Source: Lysobacterales bacterium (GTDB taxonomy: Bacteria > Pseudomonadota > Gammaproteobacteria > Xanthomonadales > SZUA-5). Taken from it: 64,000 bases of DNA. This document shows, piece after piece, positions 30,001 to 37,959 of the stretch. Below the pieces are notes generated by a model. The model saw only the letters and a program-made list of their open reading frames with translations, ran no database searches and was not told where the DNA came from. Every line of letters begins with the position of its first letter. Position 1 is the first letter of the stretch. Where the stretch lies: NCBI GenBank assembly GCA_022844165.1, contig JALHMH010000021.1, positions 1 to 64,000 on the forward strand. The letters run 5' to 3'. The translations under genes were made by a program, and so were the position numbers.

Positions 30001-30957
30001 ATTCGTCGGCACCGTCAACGTGGTCGAAGGCCCGATACCGATCGTGCCATCAAGCAGACGTAACGCATGGCCGATGGTGAGATTCTGTTCGATGGAAAGT
30101 GTGGCATCACCAATGACGATCTCGCCGACAGTGCCACCGACTGAAACATCGTACAGGACCTCAGGACCGCCATTGATCGTCGCTCGATCATTGGCCCCAG
30201 GCGCGACGCCGCAGCTCCAATGCGATGGATTGCTCCAACTACCCAGGCCCGGTCCGATGTAGTTACAGTCATTGGCCGGAAATCCAGAGAAAACCGTCAA
30301 CGTGGTAGGCGACGACATCGACATCGTATGGTCCGGGTTACCCAGGAACTGCGCCACAACATCGTATGCGCCCGGGGCCAGAAACACGATGTCGCATGAG
30401 GTCGCTGGCGATTGCACGAAACAACGCCTGGTTTCCGTAGGTCCAGTCGCCGTGACTTCGGTTACACCAGATGGTGTGCCTCCGCCCGGCGCATCCACCG
30501 TTGTGTTGACGATGATCGAAACCACGGACTGTGGCGATGCCGTTGGGGGTGCCACGTGCGTCGTCGTCGTTACAGCGGTATTGACGATGTACTGCGCCGT
30601 AGCGGATGAAGGATCGAACCCCGGCGCGCCGTTGTAAGCGGCTACCACGCCGCGAATGCCGGCGGGGATGGAGCTGAAGGAAGGCGTGAAACTGCAACTA
30701 CCCGTGGCAGCATCCGTGCCACTGGACACTAAGGTCGCGATGCAGCTTTCGTCTGGAAGGCCCGTTGCCAAGATGACATTGCCGGTGGGTGATCCAGCAC
30801 CATTGCTGAGAACCTCGACCGTAAAGTTAGCCAGCTGGCCGACAAAAATTTCGCTCGGCGAACCGACAACAGACGTCAATGTCGGCGCCGCAAATGCCGA
30901 GGAATTCGACAACGCCAGGATGACCGCCGCCGCCGCAATGCTGCCGCGATTGACCAT
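24004..30957 (-). CDS. Giant secreted surface protein/adhesin (Ig-like repeats, beta-helix, CSLREA-like segment, DUF11)
   Basis: 2317 aa; Sec signal MVNRGSIAAAAVILALSNSSAFA; Gly/Thr/Val rich; repeated DTPDP..VTV..PTG..C..C..A.Y.G Ig units; WSNPSHW/WNVPANW; ADLAIVK..TNNGP..DP...NN DUF11. Confidence 0.85.
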   Translation of the reverse strand: MVNRGSIAAAAVILALSNSSAFAAPTLTSVVGSPSEIFVGQLANFTVEVLSNGAGSPTGNVILATGLPDESCIATLVSSGTDAATGSCSFTPSFSSIPAGIRGVVAAYNGAPGFDPSSATAQYIVNTAVTTTTHVAPPTASPQSVVSIIVNTTVDAPGGGTPSGVTEVTATGPTETRRCFVQSPATSCDIVFLAPGAYDVVAQFLGNPDHTMSMSSPTTLTVFSGFPANDCNYIGPGLGSWSNPSHWSCGVAPGANDRATINGGPEVLYDVSVGGTVGEIVIGDATLSIEQNLTIGHALRLLDGTIGIGPSTTLTVPTNSSVEILAANFSMSIEGTLTMAGTWSFQGGNANFNLGSFNVSPTGRLVVRGGPQIFDTADAGSLNIDGKLLALGDTTFNIPGADNGLLHVAAASTLRITQPRALGSLLSLKGRAGTYWFQTGATSTLLSAPERGIGLHAEGAGTRVVLPTWATPRELSRFTASANAVVDLSGSVVVLHRYGLTTSARVNGNGGVRSIAVAGNDAFFSSVGSTTYDNIHLQVYREHEVRSEQLFDAGAQLTILPSGQLTVAADSGTLDFACELPASCATTVTVGGILRLTEPNLVRLRPDIDLLVNDLFSALVNVQFGGLQVDDDVLLANGSIQILNASTLSVGGGFVQSSGELRISDSASLTTASALQQSNGSIFLDGTITGALTQTGGELQVGLAASITGAYQQGSAGVLAVPLLPMFSAEKGPTCGQARQLLAGPGLTLNGSLRVMPSSCSVANGTGPFTVVDGPAGFAQVPALIGNPNAAFALQLTGDDLLYAEQVTATCTWNVNGAGAWNVPANWNGCSTGSGTPAGTPGAADTAVVSASTPLANVALGGNRTVNNLTIEAGTIGGNGDLEVAGTLTWLGGELAGVSPSSDELILLAGATATLGGGVKTLRARSWVNSGDVLWTGGNIVVAADAQIANPGIFRASIDGLSTISGDGAPLILFDNAGTFNKLGGGLAVITANVPFQNSGQVNVIEGRLEISGGGIDSGSHNVAPGGELQFDLPVSVTRTMTGPLPISGDGFWIKSGAGSLIFTGGYAHPGPVELLGGVVEFSTTGASVELVDVLLESAQISGEDDINLTGTLLWNGGEITATLGTALFRVAVGSALNMIRQSPAQRILRNRTIEVAGAMDINETTLLLDGSARVDVIGGLNLNGSSLEAARIQCLVAPPCGAVVVQAAGILGSSSTGSNSLGAGFNLQLDGTLNVDAGQLLLESNLLSSAGSIIDIAAGATLSRSTVLVFNNGTLRGSGTIGADLDVGQVEIRPGTSPGILTVQGDFTAQPTTRFIMQASGTVAGMEYDRLTINGNVTLAGTLDALALSFTPTPTDVFDFITYSGSRSGAVALGSNDFPGFVLTNIPNAVRLAAAQSTFVVDRSDDDSSPAAQACTAALNDCTLRGAMAGAVLFGPGADIEFNIPGAGPHVITPGSALPMLPNNIRFDGNSQPGSVPNSELGFGPLNMVIQIEIDGSLTGAGTDGLVFALGGGPSRVEGIAVHSFSGAQIVGSGAPENVLFVFGNLIGLRADGTTVGSAQAVGVRSVGDVVVGDPVRAPMSRNVLAGFSEQALELTSGNALQAELNYIGTDRTGTVSFAANGRRGLYAEVSGPASTGLYLRNNVISGHDEDAVRLQCVVVGSACFDLGAAIFANRIGTSASGLSALPNGGNGVHISGLVDSQVDIGLAVGDPIGNQIRFNGGNGVLFTNAAGNVGRVAVFGPNLINSNGGLALDLAGDGRTANDAGDADIGPNDLQNFPVFSAFSINTSPDPDQVDVTLTLDTPALSAPNNYPIRIDVFVAEGDELGAYLGSGTLVPPTVDRGPIGGSFNFNIPSGVTLTDDSVLVAIATDAQGRSSELSHYATTTVIVADTPDPTFAGDPYNVTVEVVPDAPSPFTTAGALTINDGRGGSCVAPLAPLSGAGSAGTCTLTSVGAPGLITLTAAFNGSSTAFVNSSGTATHTIAGPLPTTTTIANVAPEPSIVGQPYTVTVAVTDGAMPVATGLVEVRQLTDNQTCTINLASANSCQLSSSLAITTAVQARFLGTPLLASSQSATQAHAVNPAATQITIVADTPDPSALNEPITVTTALAVVTPGAGTPTGEIFITDGVGSCSAFLPALSCSFVPKNAGVFDLQARYLGDANFLPSTDLEPHTVSASNADLAIVKRNGLRLLPGGSQVTYVILVTNNGPQPVTNARITDILPAQLSAATWTCGVNGNGSCPASGTGSIDVLVSLASGSQATFTLTAAVQLTPEQIVANTAAVQPPPNVPDPSLVNNESTDVDTIGVFGEGFESENE

Positions 30958-31074
30958 AAGAACGCCCCCTTGAAATCCGCTGCACAAAGTCTACTTCGCC
31001 TCTGAACCCAACTGTGAGCTTCGTGACGGCGACGTCAGACAATTCACGAAGTCTGGAATACGGGGCAGATGCTG

Positions 31075-34000
31075 TCAGCCCCGTCCCTTCTGCCGGTTCC
31101 ATGCCTCAGCAGCCTGGCGCAACACGGGACCCAGGTGAATACGATGGCGTGGCGACAACAAGTCGAGCGGCAACTTTCGCTCATCGTCCACAATTCGCGG
31201 ATCTGCGCCATGTTCGATCAGCGCATTGCCGCATTGGATCAAACCATGACGACACACCCAGTGCAGCGGCGTACGACCCACGGAATCGACTGAATTGGCA
31301 TTGGCTCCGGCGGCCAGCAGCGCCAGCAGCGCTGGCTTGAGACGTGCATCGTCGCGGCATGCGACATCGGACAATCCGGCACCGACCAGGAACAACAACG
31401 GAGTGAATGCCCCGCTGGGTTGTTCCGTATTCGCGCCAGCAACCAGGAGGCGTTCGAGCGCCGATTGCACCAGCGGTTGCGGTCTCGACGCGTCAAGAAC
31501 TTGACGTATCACCGCCCAGAGCGGCGTCTCGTCGCCACCATCGACGCTCGCGCCGCGTGCCAGCAGCAGATCGATCATGGGGGTGCGTAAACAACCCGCC
31601 GCGAGGCCCAGTGCAGTGAATCGTCCGGCGATCGGGCTTTCCAGGGAGACGCCCCGAAGATGCAGGAACTCCACCACTTCAACTTGCCCAGCAAGCACTG
31701 CCGCACCCAGCGGTGTGATGCCGCGTTTGGAAGGCGCACCAAGACTCGCGCCACGTTCGATCAACGCGCGCATCAGCTCGATCTGCCCCTTACCCGCCGC
31801 GTGGATCAACGCCGAATTGCCGTCTTCATCCCCTGCATCGACATCAATCCCCAGTGCCAGCAATCGATCAATTGTCGCCAGATCGCCACGCTTGCCCGCC
31901 GTCGCCAAAGCCCGTCCATCGAGTAGCGTGCCCGGGTGGGCGCCGGCCGGCCAATCGAGCAATTGCGCCAATTCAAACTGGCCGTTGTAGCGCGCAACAC
32001 CCGATGCCGTGCTGCCATCGCGCGCGCGCCGGGCCGGGTCGGCGCCGGCTCGAATCAGTACTGGGGCGAGTTCGCGCGCATCGGCACGCCTGGTGGCGGC
32101 CAATTGAATCAGCAGTGGATTGCCCTGCGCATCGACCGTGTTCGGATCAGCACCCGCTCTGAGCAGACGGTCGATCGCCGCTAACGGCCAATGCAGCACA
32201 CCTGAGAGATTGGGTTCACTGTCGGTCGCCAGCCATTCGCGCCGTGTTGCAAGCGTATCGATCAAGGCGAGCAGCTTCGCCGTATCGCCCGAGTGCACGT
32301 GCAAATTCATCAGCGCCGACCACGGATTGCCGGTGGCGCGCTCAGCAAGAGCTTGCAGATACGTCCATGGTATCGGTTCGTGGGCGCATAGCCTGGAAAA
32401 CACACTCGGTTCGTCCGGCGCCGCAAACAGGTCGATATTCAGCACACTTAAGGCGTCGAGATAACGTTGGTCGTTGTGCGCCGACGCCGCAGCCAGAGCC
32501 TGAGCGATTTGCGTCAGCGAAATACCAGGTGCGGCGAGAAGCTCCTGAAACAACGGGAACCGACCTTGAACCGCGGCCCGGACCAGCAGTTCACCCGGGA
32601 TATCTGGTCGGATGTTCTGTGCGATCGCCGGGTCCTCGCTGCGGTGCGCACTTGGAACCGCGTAATGCGGGTCGAGCGCCATGACCTGCGGCCAACGTCC
32701 CGCAGCCGCGGCCACATCCACCGCGCGTCGCCCTTGATGGTCGATGACATCGACATCTGCACCCATTTCGACCAACAAGCGGACTGTGTCGGCGTTCGAG
32801 TTTGCAGCGCCAGCTGCCAGATGTAACGCGGTCCGTCCCTCCGCATCTACACCTTCCGCACTGAGCTTATGCAGAAACAACCGCTGCAGGACTCGATTCG
32901 CGCCTGACCGTGCAGCCTCCGTCAGCGCACTGCGCCGGGAGTCGTCGGTTGCGCCGATGGGCGCCCCTGCCGCAATCAAGACGTCGACGATCTCCGCGTT
33001 ATCGGCGAGCGCCGCGACCATCAACGCAGTTCGCCCGTTCGGACCTCGGCTGTCGACCTTGGCTTTGGCCTTCAGGAGTGCCTTAACGCCGCGAGGATCA
33101 TCACCATCGACAGCCGCCGCGAACAACAGAGCCGAGGTTGCTCCAGCCACTTCGGCACGCGCGCCGCACTTGAGCAGGAACTCGAGCACAGACCAATTGG
33201 CGGCTTCGGCAGCCAGCGCCAGAGGTGTCATACCCTCGCGATTGATCGCGTTGATCTGTGCGCCGGCATCGATCAATACCTGTGCCACGCCGGGATCGCG
33301 TGTCAGTGCAGCAAAATGCAAGGGGGAATTGCCGGCAGCGTCGGTCAGCGTCACGTCGGCACCGTTCGAGATCAGCGTCATCACCGCTTCAGCGCGACCG
33401 TCGTAACTGTCTTTGGTGGCCGCCAATAGTGGCGTCGTACCATTGGCAGCGAGATTGACATCGGCACCGTCGGCAATCAACGCGCGTAATGCACTCAAGT
33501 CCGGCATGGTCGCTGCGATGACCAATGGCGAACGCTGATCGGCCGCATGCAACGGTGGCAGCGCATTCGGATTAGCGCCCATCGCCAGCGCGTTCTTCAC
33601 GCCTTTGGCGTCGCCGTGTCGCGCGGCGCTGAGCAGGTCGTCGTCAGGCGAGGGTAACGTCTCGGCTGGCAGTTCGGGCAGCGACTGCGCCACGTTGCCG
33701 TCCAGCAGAAATGACGGCACATCGCGCACCACACGCGGCCTGTCGCGTTGCGCCAAGGTCTTGCGCATCGCCAACTCGACCGCACCCAGCGCCACGCCGA
33801 TCGTGAAAACAACGCGAATCCAGGCCGAGTCAACGAATCGATGCATCACCATCGGCGTCAGCAGTGCGGCCAGTAGCGTCATGCTCACCGCCAAACCATT
33901 GCGGAAAAACGCTTCGCGATCGTCGCAAAGATCGCCAACCCGCGCCGTCAAACGTTGCCAGAGTGACCGGTTCTCGCCTGGATCAGGCAGGCGCGACGCA

Positions 34001-34371
34001 ATCAGCAGCACCGGCATCGGCCAAAAGCGCCACTGGACGAAGATCGCAGCGACCAGAAGCGCTGCCATCAGCAAAAAAGAGGCCACCGAGCCAATGGTCG
34101 CCAGAACTGGCCCAAACACGACTTGAAGCGCAGCGCCGAAGAAGCTGATCAGCGCCAACCCGAGTCCTAACCGCGGCAGCCGTTCACCCTGCACGAAAGG
34201 CTTCGCCCACAGATCAGCCAGTCCGAGTCTGGCGACCAAGGTGAACCAGATGGCCGGCCACAACAAAAACGCAATCGGGGCTGGTTCCAGCGCGGCAACG
34301 ATGAGCAACAGCAACCCCGCAGCGCCAAACGCTCCGGCCAATCGCAAACGAGGAGAGGTAACATCGGTCAT
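31075..34371 (-). CDS. Membrane-anchored ankyrin-repeat protein
   Basis: About 5-6 N-terminal TM helices followed by many G.TPL/TAL..A...G ankyrin repeats in two blocks. Confidence 0.9.
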   Translation of the reverse strand: MTDVTSPRLRLAGAFGAAGLLLLIVAALEPAPIAFLLWPAIWFTLVARLGLADLWAKPFVQGERLPRLGLGLALISFFGAALQVVFGPVLATIGSVASFLLMAALLVAAIFVQWRFWPMPVLLIASRLPDPGENRSLWQRLTARVGDLCDDREAFFRNGLAVSMTLLAALLTPMVMHRFVDSAWIRVVFTIGVALGAVELAMRKTLAQRDRPRVVRDVPSFLLDGNVAQSLPELPAETLPSPDDDLLSAARHGDAKGVKNALAMGANPNALPPLHAADQRSPLVIAATMPDLSALRALIADGADVNLAANGTTPLLAATKDSYDGRAEAVMTLISNGADVTLTDAAGNSPLHFAALTRDPGVAQVLIDAGAQINAINREGMTPLALAAEAANWSVLEFLLKCGARAEVAGATSALLFAAAVDGDDPRGVKALLKAKAKVDSRGPNGRTALMVAALADNAEIVDVLIAAGAPIGATDDSRRSALTEAARSGANRVLQRLFLHKLSAEGVDAEGRTALHLAAGAANSNADTVRLLVEMGADVDVIDHQGRRAVDVAAAAGRWPQVMALDPHYAVPSAHRSEDPAIAQNIRPDIPGELLVRAAVQGRFPLFQELLAAPGISLTQIAQALAAASAHNDQRYLDALSVLNIDLFAAPDEPSVFSRLCAHEPIPWTYLQALAERATGNPWSALMNLHVHSGDTAKLLALIDTLATRREWLATDSEPNLSGVLHWPLAAIDRLLRAGADPNTVDAQGNPLLIQLAATRRADARELAPVLIRAGADPARRARDGSTASGVARYNGQFELAQLLDWPAGAHPGTLLDGRALATAGKRGDLATIDRLLALGIDVDAGDEDGNSALIHAAGKGQIELMRALIERGASLGAPSKRGITPLGAAVLAGQVEVVEFLHLRGVSLESPIAGRFTALGLAAGCLRTPMIDLLLARGASVDGGDETPLWAVIRQVLDASRPQPLVQSALERLLVAGANTEQPSGAFTPLLFLVGAGLSDVACRDDARLKPALLALLAAGANANSVDSVGRTPLHWVCRHGLIQCGNALIEHGADPRIVDDERKLPLDLLSPRHRIHLGPVLRQAAEAWNRQKGRG

Positions 34372-34459
34372 GGATTCAGTATAGGCACCGAAGGCGGGTT
34401 CTCCCGACTTAAGCTACACACAAACGAACCGGGTAGTCCGATGTGCTCTCGAATTTATA

Positions 34460-34500
34460 GCCTGGCGAGGCATCGCCTCAGACCGTCCGGCGCTGGTGGC
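34460..34500 (+). repeat. Degenerate module A of repeat family 1
   Basis: CCTGGCGAGGCATCGCCTCAGACCG; the stem GAGGC/GCCTC is kept and the loop changed. Confidence 0.6.
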
Positions 34501-34597
34501 TCACTGAGCGAACTGTCGACTTCAGAAACGAAAAAGAAGGGTGCTCCGCCAAAACTGTCAGGACCTGGCCCCTTCTCCAATCCGCGAAAAACATTTG

Positions 34598-35614
34598 TCA
34601 AAGTCCCGTCCGAATGACCTCACAGGCACGCTGGATCTGCGCCGCCGACGCATCCAGATGGGTCACTAAACGCACGGTCGTCGGGCCAAACGCTGAACCG
34701 CGGATCCCGTTTTCAAGCAGCCGCCCCAGGAAGGTCGCAGCCGTCTCAGGTGCCTGCACCTCAAAAATGACGATGTTCGTCTCGACCGGCTGAATCTCAG
34801 CAACCATCGGGCAGTCGCTGAGTGCCGTAGCAAGTTGTTGGGCGTGTACATGATCGATGGTCAGGCGTTGAATGTGATTTTGCAGCGCGTACAATCCAGC
34901 CGCGGCAAGTCCACCGATCTGGCGCATGCCGCCGCCGAAACCCTTGCGCAGGCGGCGAGCCTTTGCAATGAACGGTGCCGATCCGATCAGCAATGATCCG
35001 ACGGGAGCGCCCAGACCCTTGGACAAGCAGATCGAGAGGCTGTCGCACAGTTCCCCCCATTTGTGCGGCGCATCGCCCGTGACGGCCAGCGCGTTGAACA
35101 ACCGTGCGCCATCGAGATGCAGTTTCAGCTCGCGCTCCCGGCAGAGCTTGGAAATCGCACAGGCTGTCTCCAGGCGCTGGACGGCGCCGCCCGCAGCATT
35201 CACTGTGTTCTCGATGACGACGAGCCGCGAACGCGGCAGCCAGTCGGCCTTGGGTTTGATCGCGGCAGCGACGTGATCGGCGCGCAAGATGCCGCGATCG
35301 GCGCTGACCGGGTGAACCGCAATTTGCGAGTGCACGGCATAACCGCCGTTTTCGTAGCGATAAACGTGTGCCATATCTGAGCAGATCAGCTCATCCATCG
35401 GCTGGGTGTGCGCTTTGATTGCAATCTGATTGCTCATGACCCCGGAGGGCATAAACAGCGCTGCCTCATGCCCGAACAGCTGCGCGGCATGGGCCTGCAA
35501 TGCGTGTGCTGTGGGATCTTCGTTGAACACATCGTCGCCTACCGGTGCGGCAGCCATGGCTTCAAGCATCGGCAGCGTCGGGCGGGTAACCGTGTCGGAG
35601 ATAAGATCGATCAT
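34598..35614 (-). CDS. ltaE: Low-specificity L-threonine aldolase
   Basis: SDTVTRPT, GDDV..EDP, ENT, HLDGARLFNA, CLSKGLGAPVGS (PLP Lys), GGGMRQ. Confidence 0.92.
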   Translation of the reverse strand: MIDLISDTVTRPTLPMLEAMAAAPVGDDVFNEDPTAHALQAHAAQLFGHEAALFMPSGVMSNQIAIKAHTQPMDELICSDMAHVYRYENGGYAVHSQIAVHPVSADRGILRADHVAAAIKPKADWLPRSRLVVIENTVNAAGGAVQRLETACAISKLCRERELKLHLDGARLFNALAVTGDAPHKWGELCDSLSICLSKGLGAPVGSLLIGSAPFIAKARRLRKGFGGGMRQIGGLAAAGLYALQNHIQRLTIDHVHAQQLATALSDCPMVAEIQPVETNIVIFEVQAPETAATFLGRLLENGIRGSAFGPTTVRLVTHLDASAAQIQRACEVIRTGL

Positions 35615-35847
35615 TTGAGCGTTCCATAGACAGAGCACGTAACCATAGCGCGACGCCGTGCGCCGTCGTTGCAGCTTCATGCCGAACACAACGCCACTGG
35701 CGCCGTGCGCTGCCGTCACGCACATTTGAAAGCCTGCTGCGCCGCAGCACATGCTGCGCTTTTTCTTCGCGTGCGCAGAGCGTAGTGTCCGGTGTATGGC
35801 AGATGCGTGTCGGAATTGCGAACCTTGACGGAAGGGAGATAGAGACG

Positions 35848-37887
35848 ATGCCAAGTTATGCCACGAAGGACATTCGCAACGTCGCCTTAACTGGCCATGC
35901 CGGTGCCGGCAAAACCACATTGTTCGAGGCGTTGTTGCTCGCCGGCGGCACGATCAATGCGGCCGGCAGCATCGAGCGTGGCAGCACGGTTTCCGATTAC
36001 GACCCGATGGAGAAAGCCCGCCAGCATTCGCTGAACACGGCAATTGCGTCGATTGATCACGGCGGGATTCATGTCAATTTGATCGATACCCCCGGTTACC
36101 CGGACTTTCGCGGACCTACGCTCTCGGCACTGGCAGCTGTAGAAACTTGTGCGGTCGTCGTCAACGCAGCGCATGGAATCGAGTTCTCGACGGTACGTTT
36201 GATGGAGTACGCCAAAGCGCGGCGTTTGTGTCGGTTGTTGATCGTCAACAAGATGGACGTCGACGAGACCGAGCTGGAACTGCTCGTTGAGCAGTTGCGC
36301 GACAGCTTCGGCAACGAATGTCTGCCGATCAACCTGCCTGCCAAAGGTCGTGCGAGTGTGGTCGATTGTTTTTTCAAGCCCAGCGGCGAATCCGACTTTG
36401 GCAACGTGACCGACGCACATCAGCGGATCATCGATCAAGTGGTCGAGATCAACGAAGATGTCATGGGCCATTATCTCGAAGAGGGTGAAGCGGGTTTGTC
36501 CGGGCAAGAGTTGCACGATGCTTTCGAGCAGTGTTTGCGTGAGGGCCACCTGGTGCCGATTTGTTTCGTATCGGCGCGCACCGGTGCTGGCGTCAAAGAG
36601 CTCTTGGACCTGTTCGAAAAGCTGATGCCGAACCCGAGCGAAGCGAATCCGCCGCTTTTCGTGCAAGGCGAAGAGTCCTTTCGCACCGAGCCGGATCCGA
36701 AAAAACACGTCGTCGCCGATGTCTTCAAGATCATCAACGATCCTTTCGTCGGCAAACTCAGTGTCTTTCGGCTCTATCAAGGCACCGTACGTAAGGACAC
36801 ACAACTTTTCGTCGACGATGGCAAGAAACCGTTCAAAGTTGGGCACTTGTTCAAGATCAAAGGCAAGGAACACAGCGAAATCGACGAAGCCGTGCCCGGC
36901 GATATAGCAGGGGTTGCGAAGGTCGAGGAAATTCACTTTGATGCGGTGCTGCACGATAGCCACGATGAAGATCGGATCCACCTGAAACCAATCGACTTTC
37001 CGCAACCCATGTTCGGCCTGGCCATCGAGCCAGCCACGCGTGGCCAGGAGCAGAAGCTATCGAACGCGCTGCACAAGCTGCACGAGGAAGATCCCTGTTT
37101 TCGCATCGAGCACCACAAGGAACTGAACGAAACCGTGATTCGCGGATTAGGCGAATTGCATTTGCGCGTGATGCTCGAACGCATGAGGGATCGCTACGGC
37201 GTTGAGGTGACCACGCGCCCACCACGCATTGCTTATCGCGAGACGATTTCAGCCAATGCGGATGGCCATCATCGGCACAAGAAACAAACCGGTGGAGCTG
37301 GCCAGTTCGGTGAGGTGTTCCTGCGTGTCGAACCGCTGCCGCGTGGAACCGGTTTCGAGTTCGTGGATGAAGTCAAAGGCGGCACGATTCCGGGGCAGTT
37401 TTTACCGGCGATTGAAAAAGGCGTGCGCCAGGTTCTGGAAACCGGTGCTGTGGCCGGCTACGCGATCCACGACGTACGCGTCATCGTCTATGACGGCAAG
37501 CATCATCCGGTCGATTCCAAGGAAGTGGCATTCGTCAGCGCCGGCAAACGTGCATTTCTCGACGCACTGAGCAGAGCGCGTCCGCTGGTGCTTGAGCCGA
37601 TCGTGAATCTCGATGTCACGGTACCGTCCGATCATATGGGCGATGTCACCGGCGGCCTGGCCACCAAACGAGCGCGTATCAACGGCACCGACTCCGCACG
37701 TGGCGGCGAGCTGATTGTCAAAGCGCAAGTGCCGCTCGCCGAAATCAGCGAATATAGCAATGAACTCAAAGCCATGACCGGGGGCCGCGGCCGTTACTCC
37801 TTGGAGTTGAGTCATTTCGAGGCCGTGCCGGGCAGTGTGCAAAAGCAGCTGATGGAGGCGTACAAGCCCAAGCACGAGGAGGAATAG
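35848..37887 (+). CDS. fusA: Elongation factor G paralog (EF-G II type)
   Basis: GHAGAGKT, DTPG, NKMD, GLGELHL, YRETI, KKQTGGAGQFG, HPVDS; switch I reads RQHSL instead of RGITI. Confidence 0.9.
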   Translation: MPSYATKDIRNVALTGHAGAGKTTLFEALLLAGGTINAAGSIERGSTVSDYDPMEKARQHSLNTAIASIDHGGIHVNLIDTPGYPDFRGPTLSALAAVETCAVVVNAAHGIEFSTVRLMEYAKARRLCRLLIVNKMDVDETELELLVEQLRDSFGNECLPINLPAKGRASVVDCFFKPSGESDFGNVTDAHQRIIDQVVEINEDVMGHYLEEGEAGLSGQELHDAFEQCLREGHLVPICFVSARTGAGVKELLDLFEKLMPNPSEANPPLFVQGEESFRTEPDPKKHVVADVFKIINDPFVGKLSVFRLYQGTVRKDTQLFVDDGKKPFKVGHLFKIKGKEHSEIDEAVPGDIAGVAKVEEIHFDAVLHDSHDEDRIHLKPIDFPQPMFGLAIEPATRGQEQKLSNALHKLHEEDPCFRIEHHKELNETVIRGLGELHLRVMLERMRDRYGVEVTTRPPRIAYRETISANADGHHRHKKQTGGAGQFGEVFLRVEPLPRGTGFEFVDEVKGGTIPGQFLPAIEKGVRQVLETGAVAGYAIHDVRVIVYDGKHHPVDSKEVAFVSAGKRAFLDALSRARPLVLEPIVNLDVTVPSDHMGDVTGGLATKRARINGTDSARGGELIVKAQVPLAEISEYSNELKAMTGGRGRYSLELSHFEAVPGSVQKQLMEAYKPKHEEE

Positions 37888-37959
37888 CGGCATCGCCGGG
37901 ATCGCGGCGTTGTGACGCGCATTGCGAAGTCATGGTGCCCCGGATGATACGATTACCGA

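Noticed and set aside
24004-30957. Classical autotransporter or RTX toxin
   Set aside because: No C-terminal beta-barrel ending in an aromatic residue and no GGxGxD nonapeptide repeats
30991-31010. CTTCGCCTCTGAACC as another block A copy
   Set aside because: The match is too short and lacks the 5' stem arm
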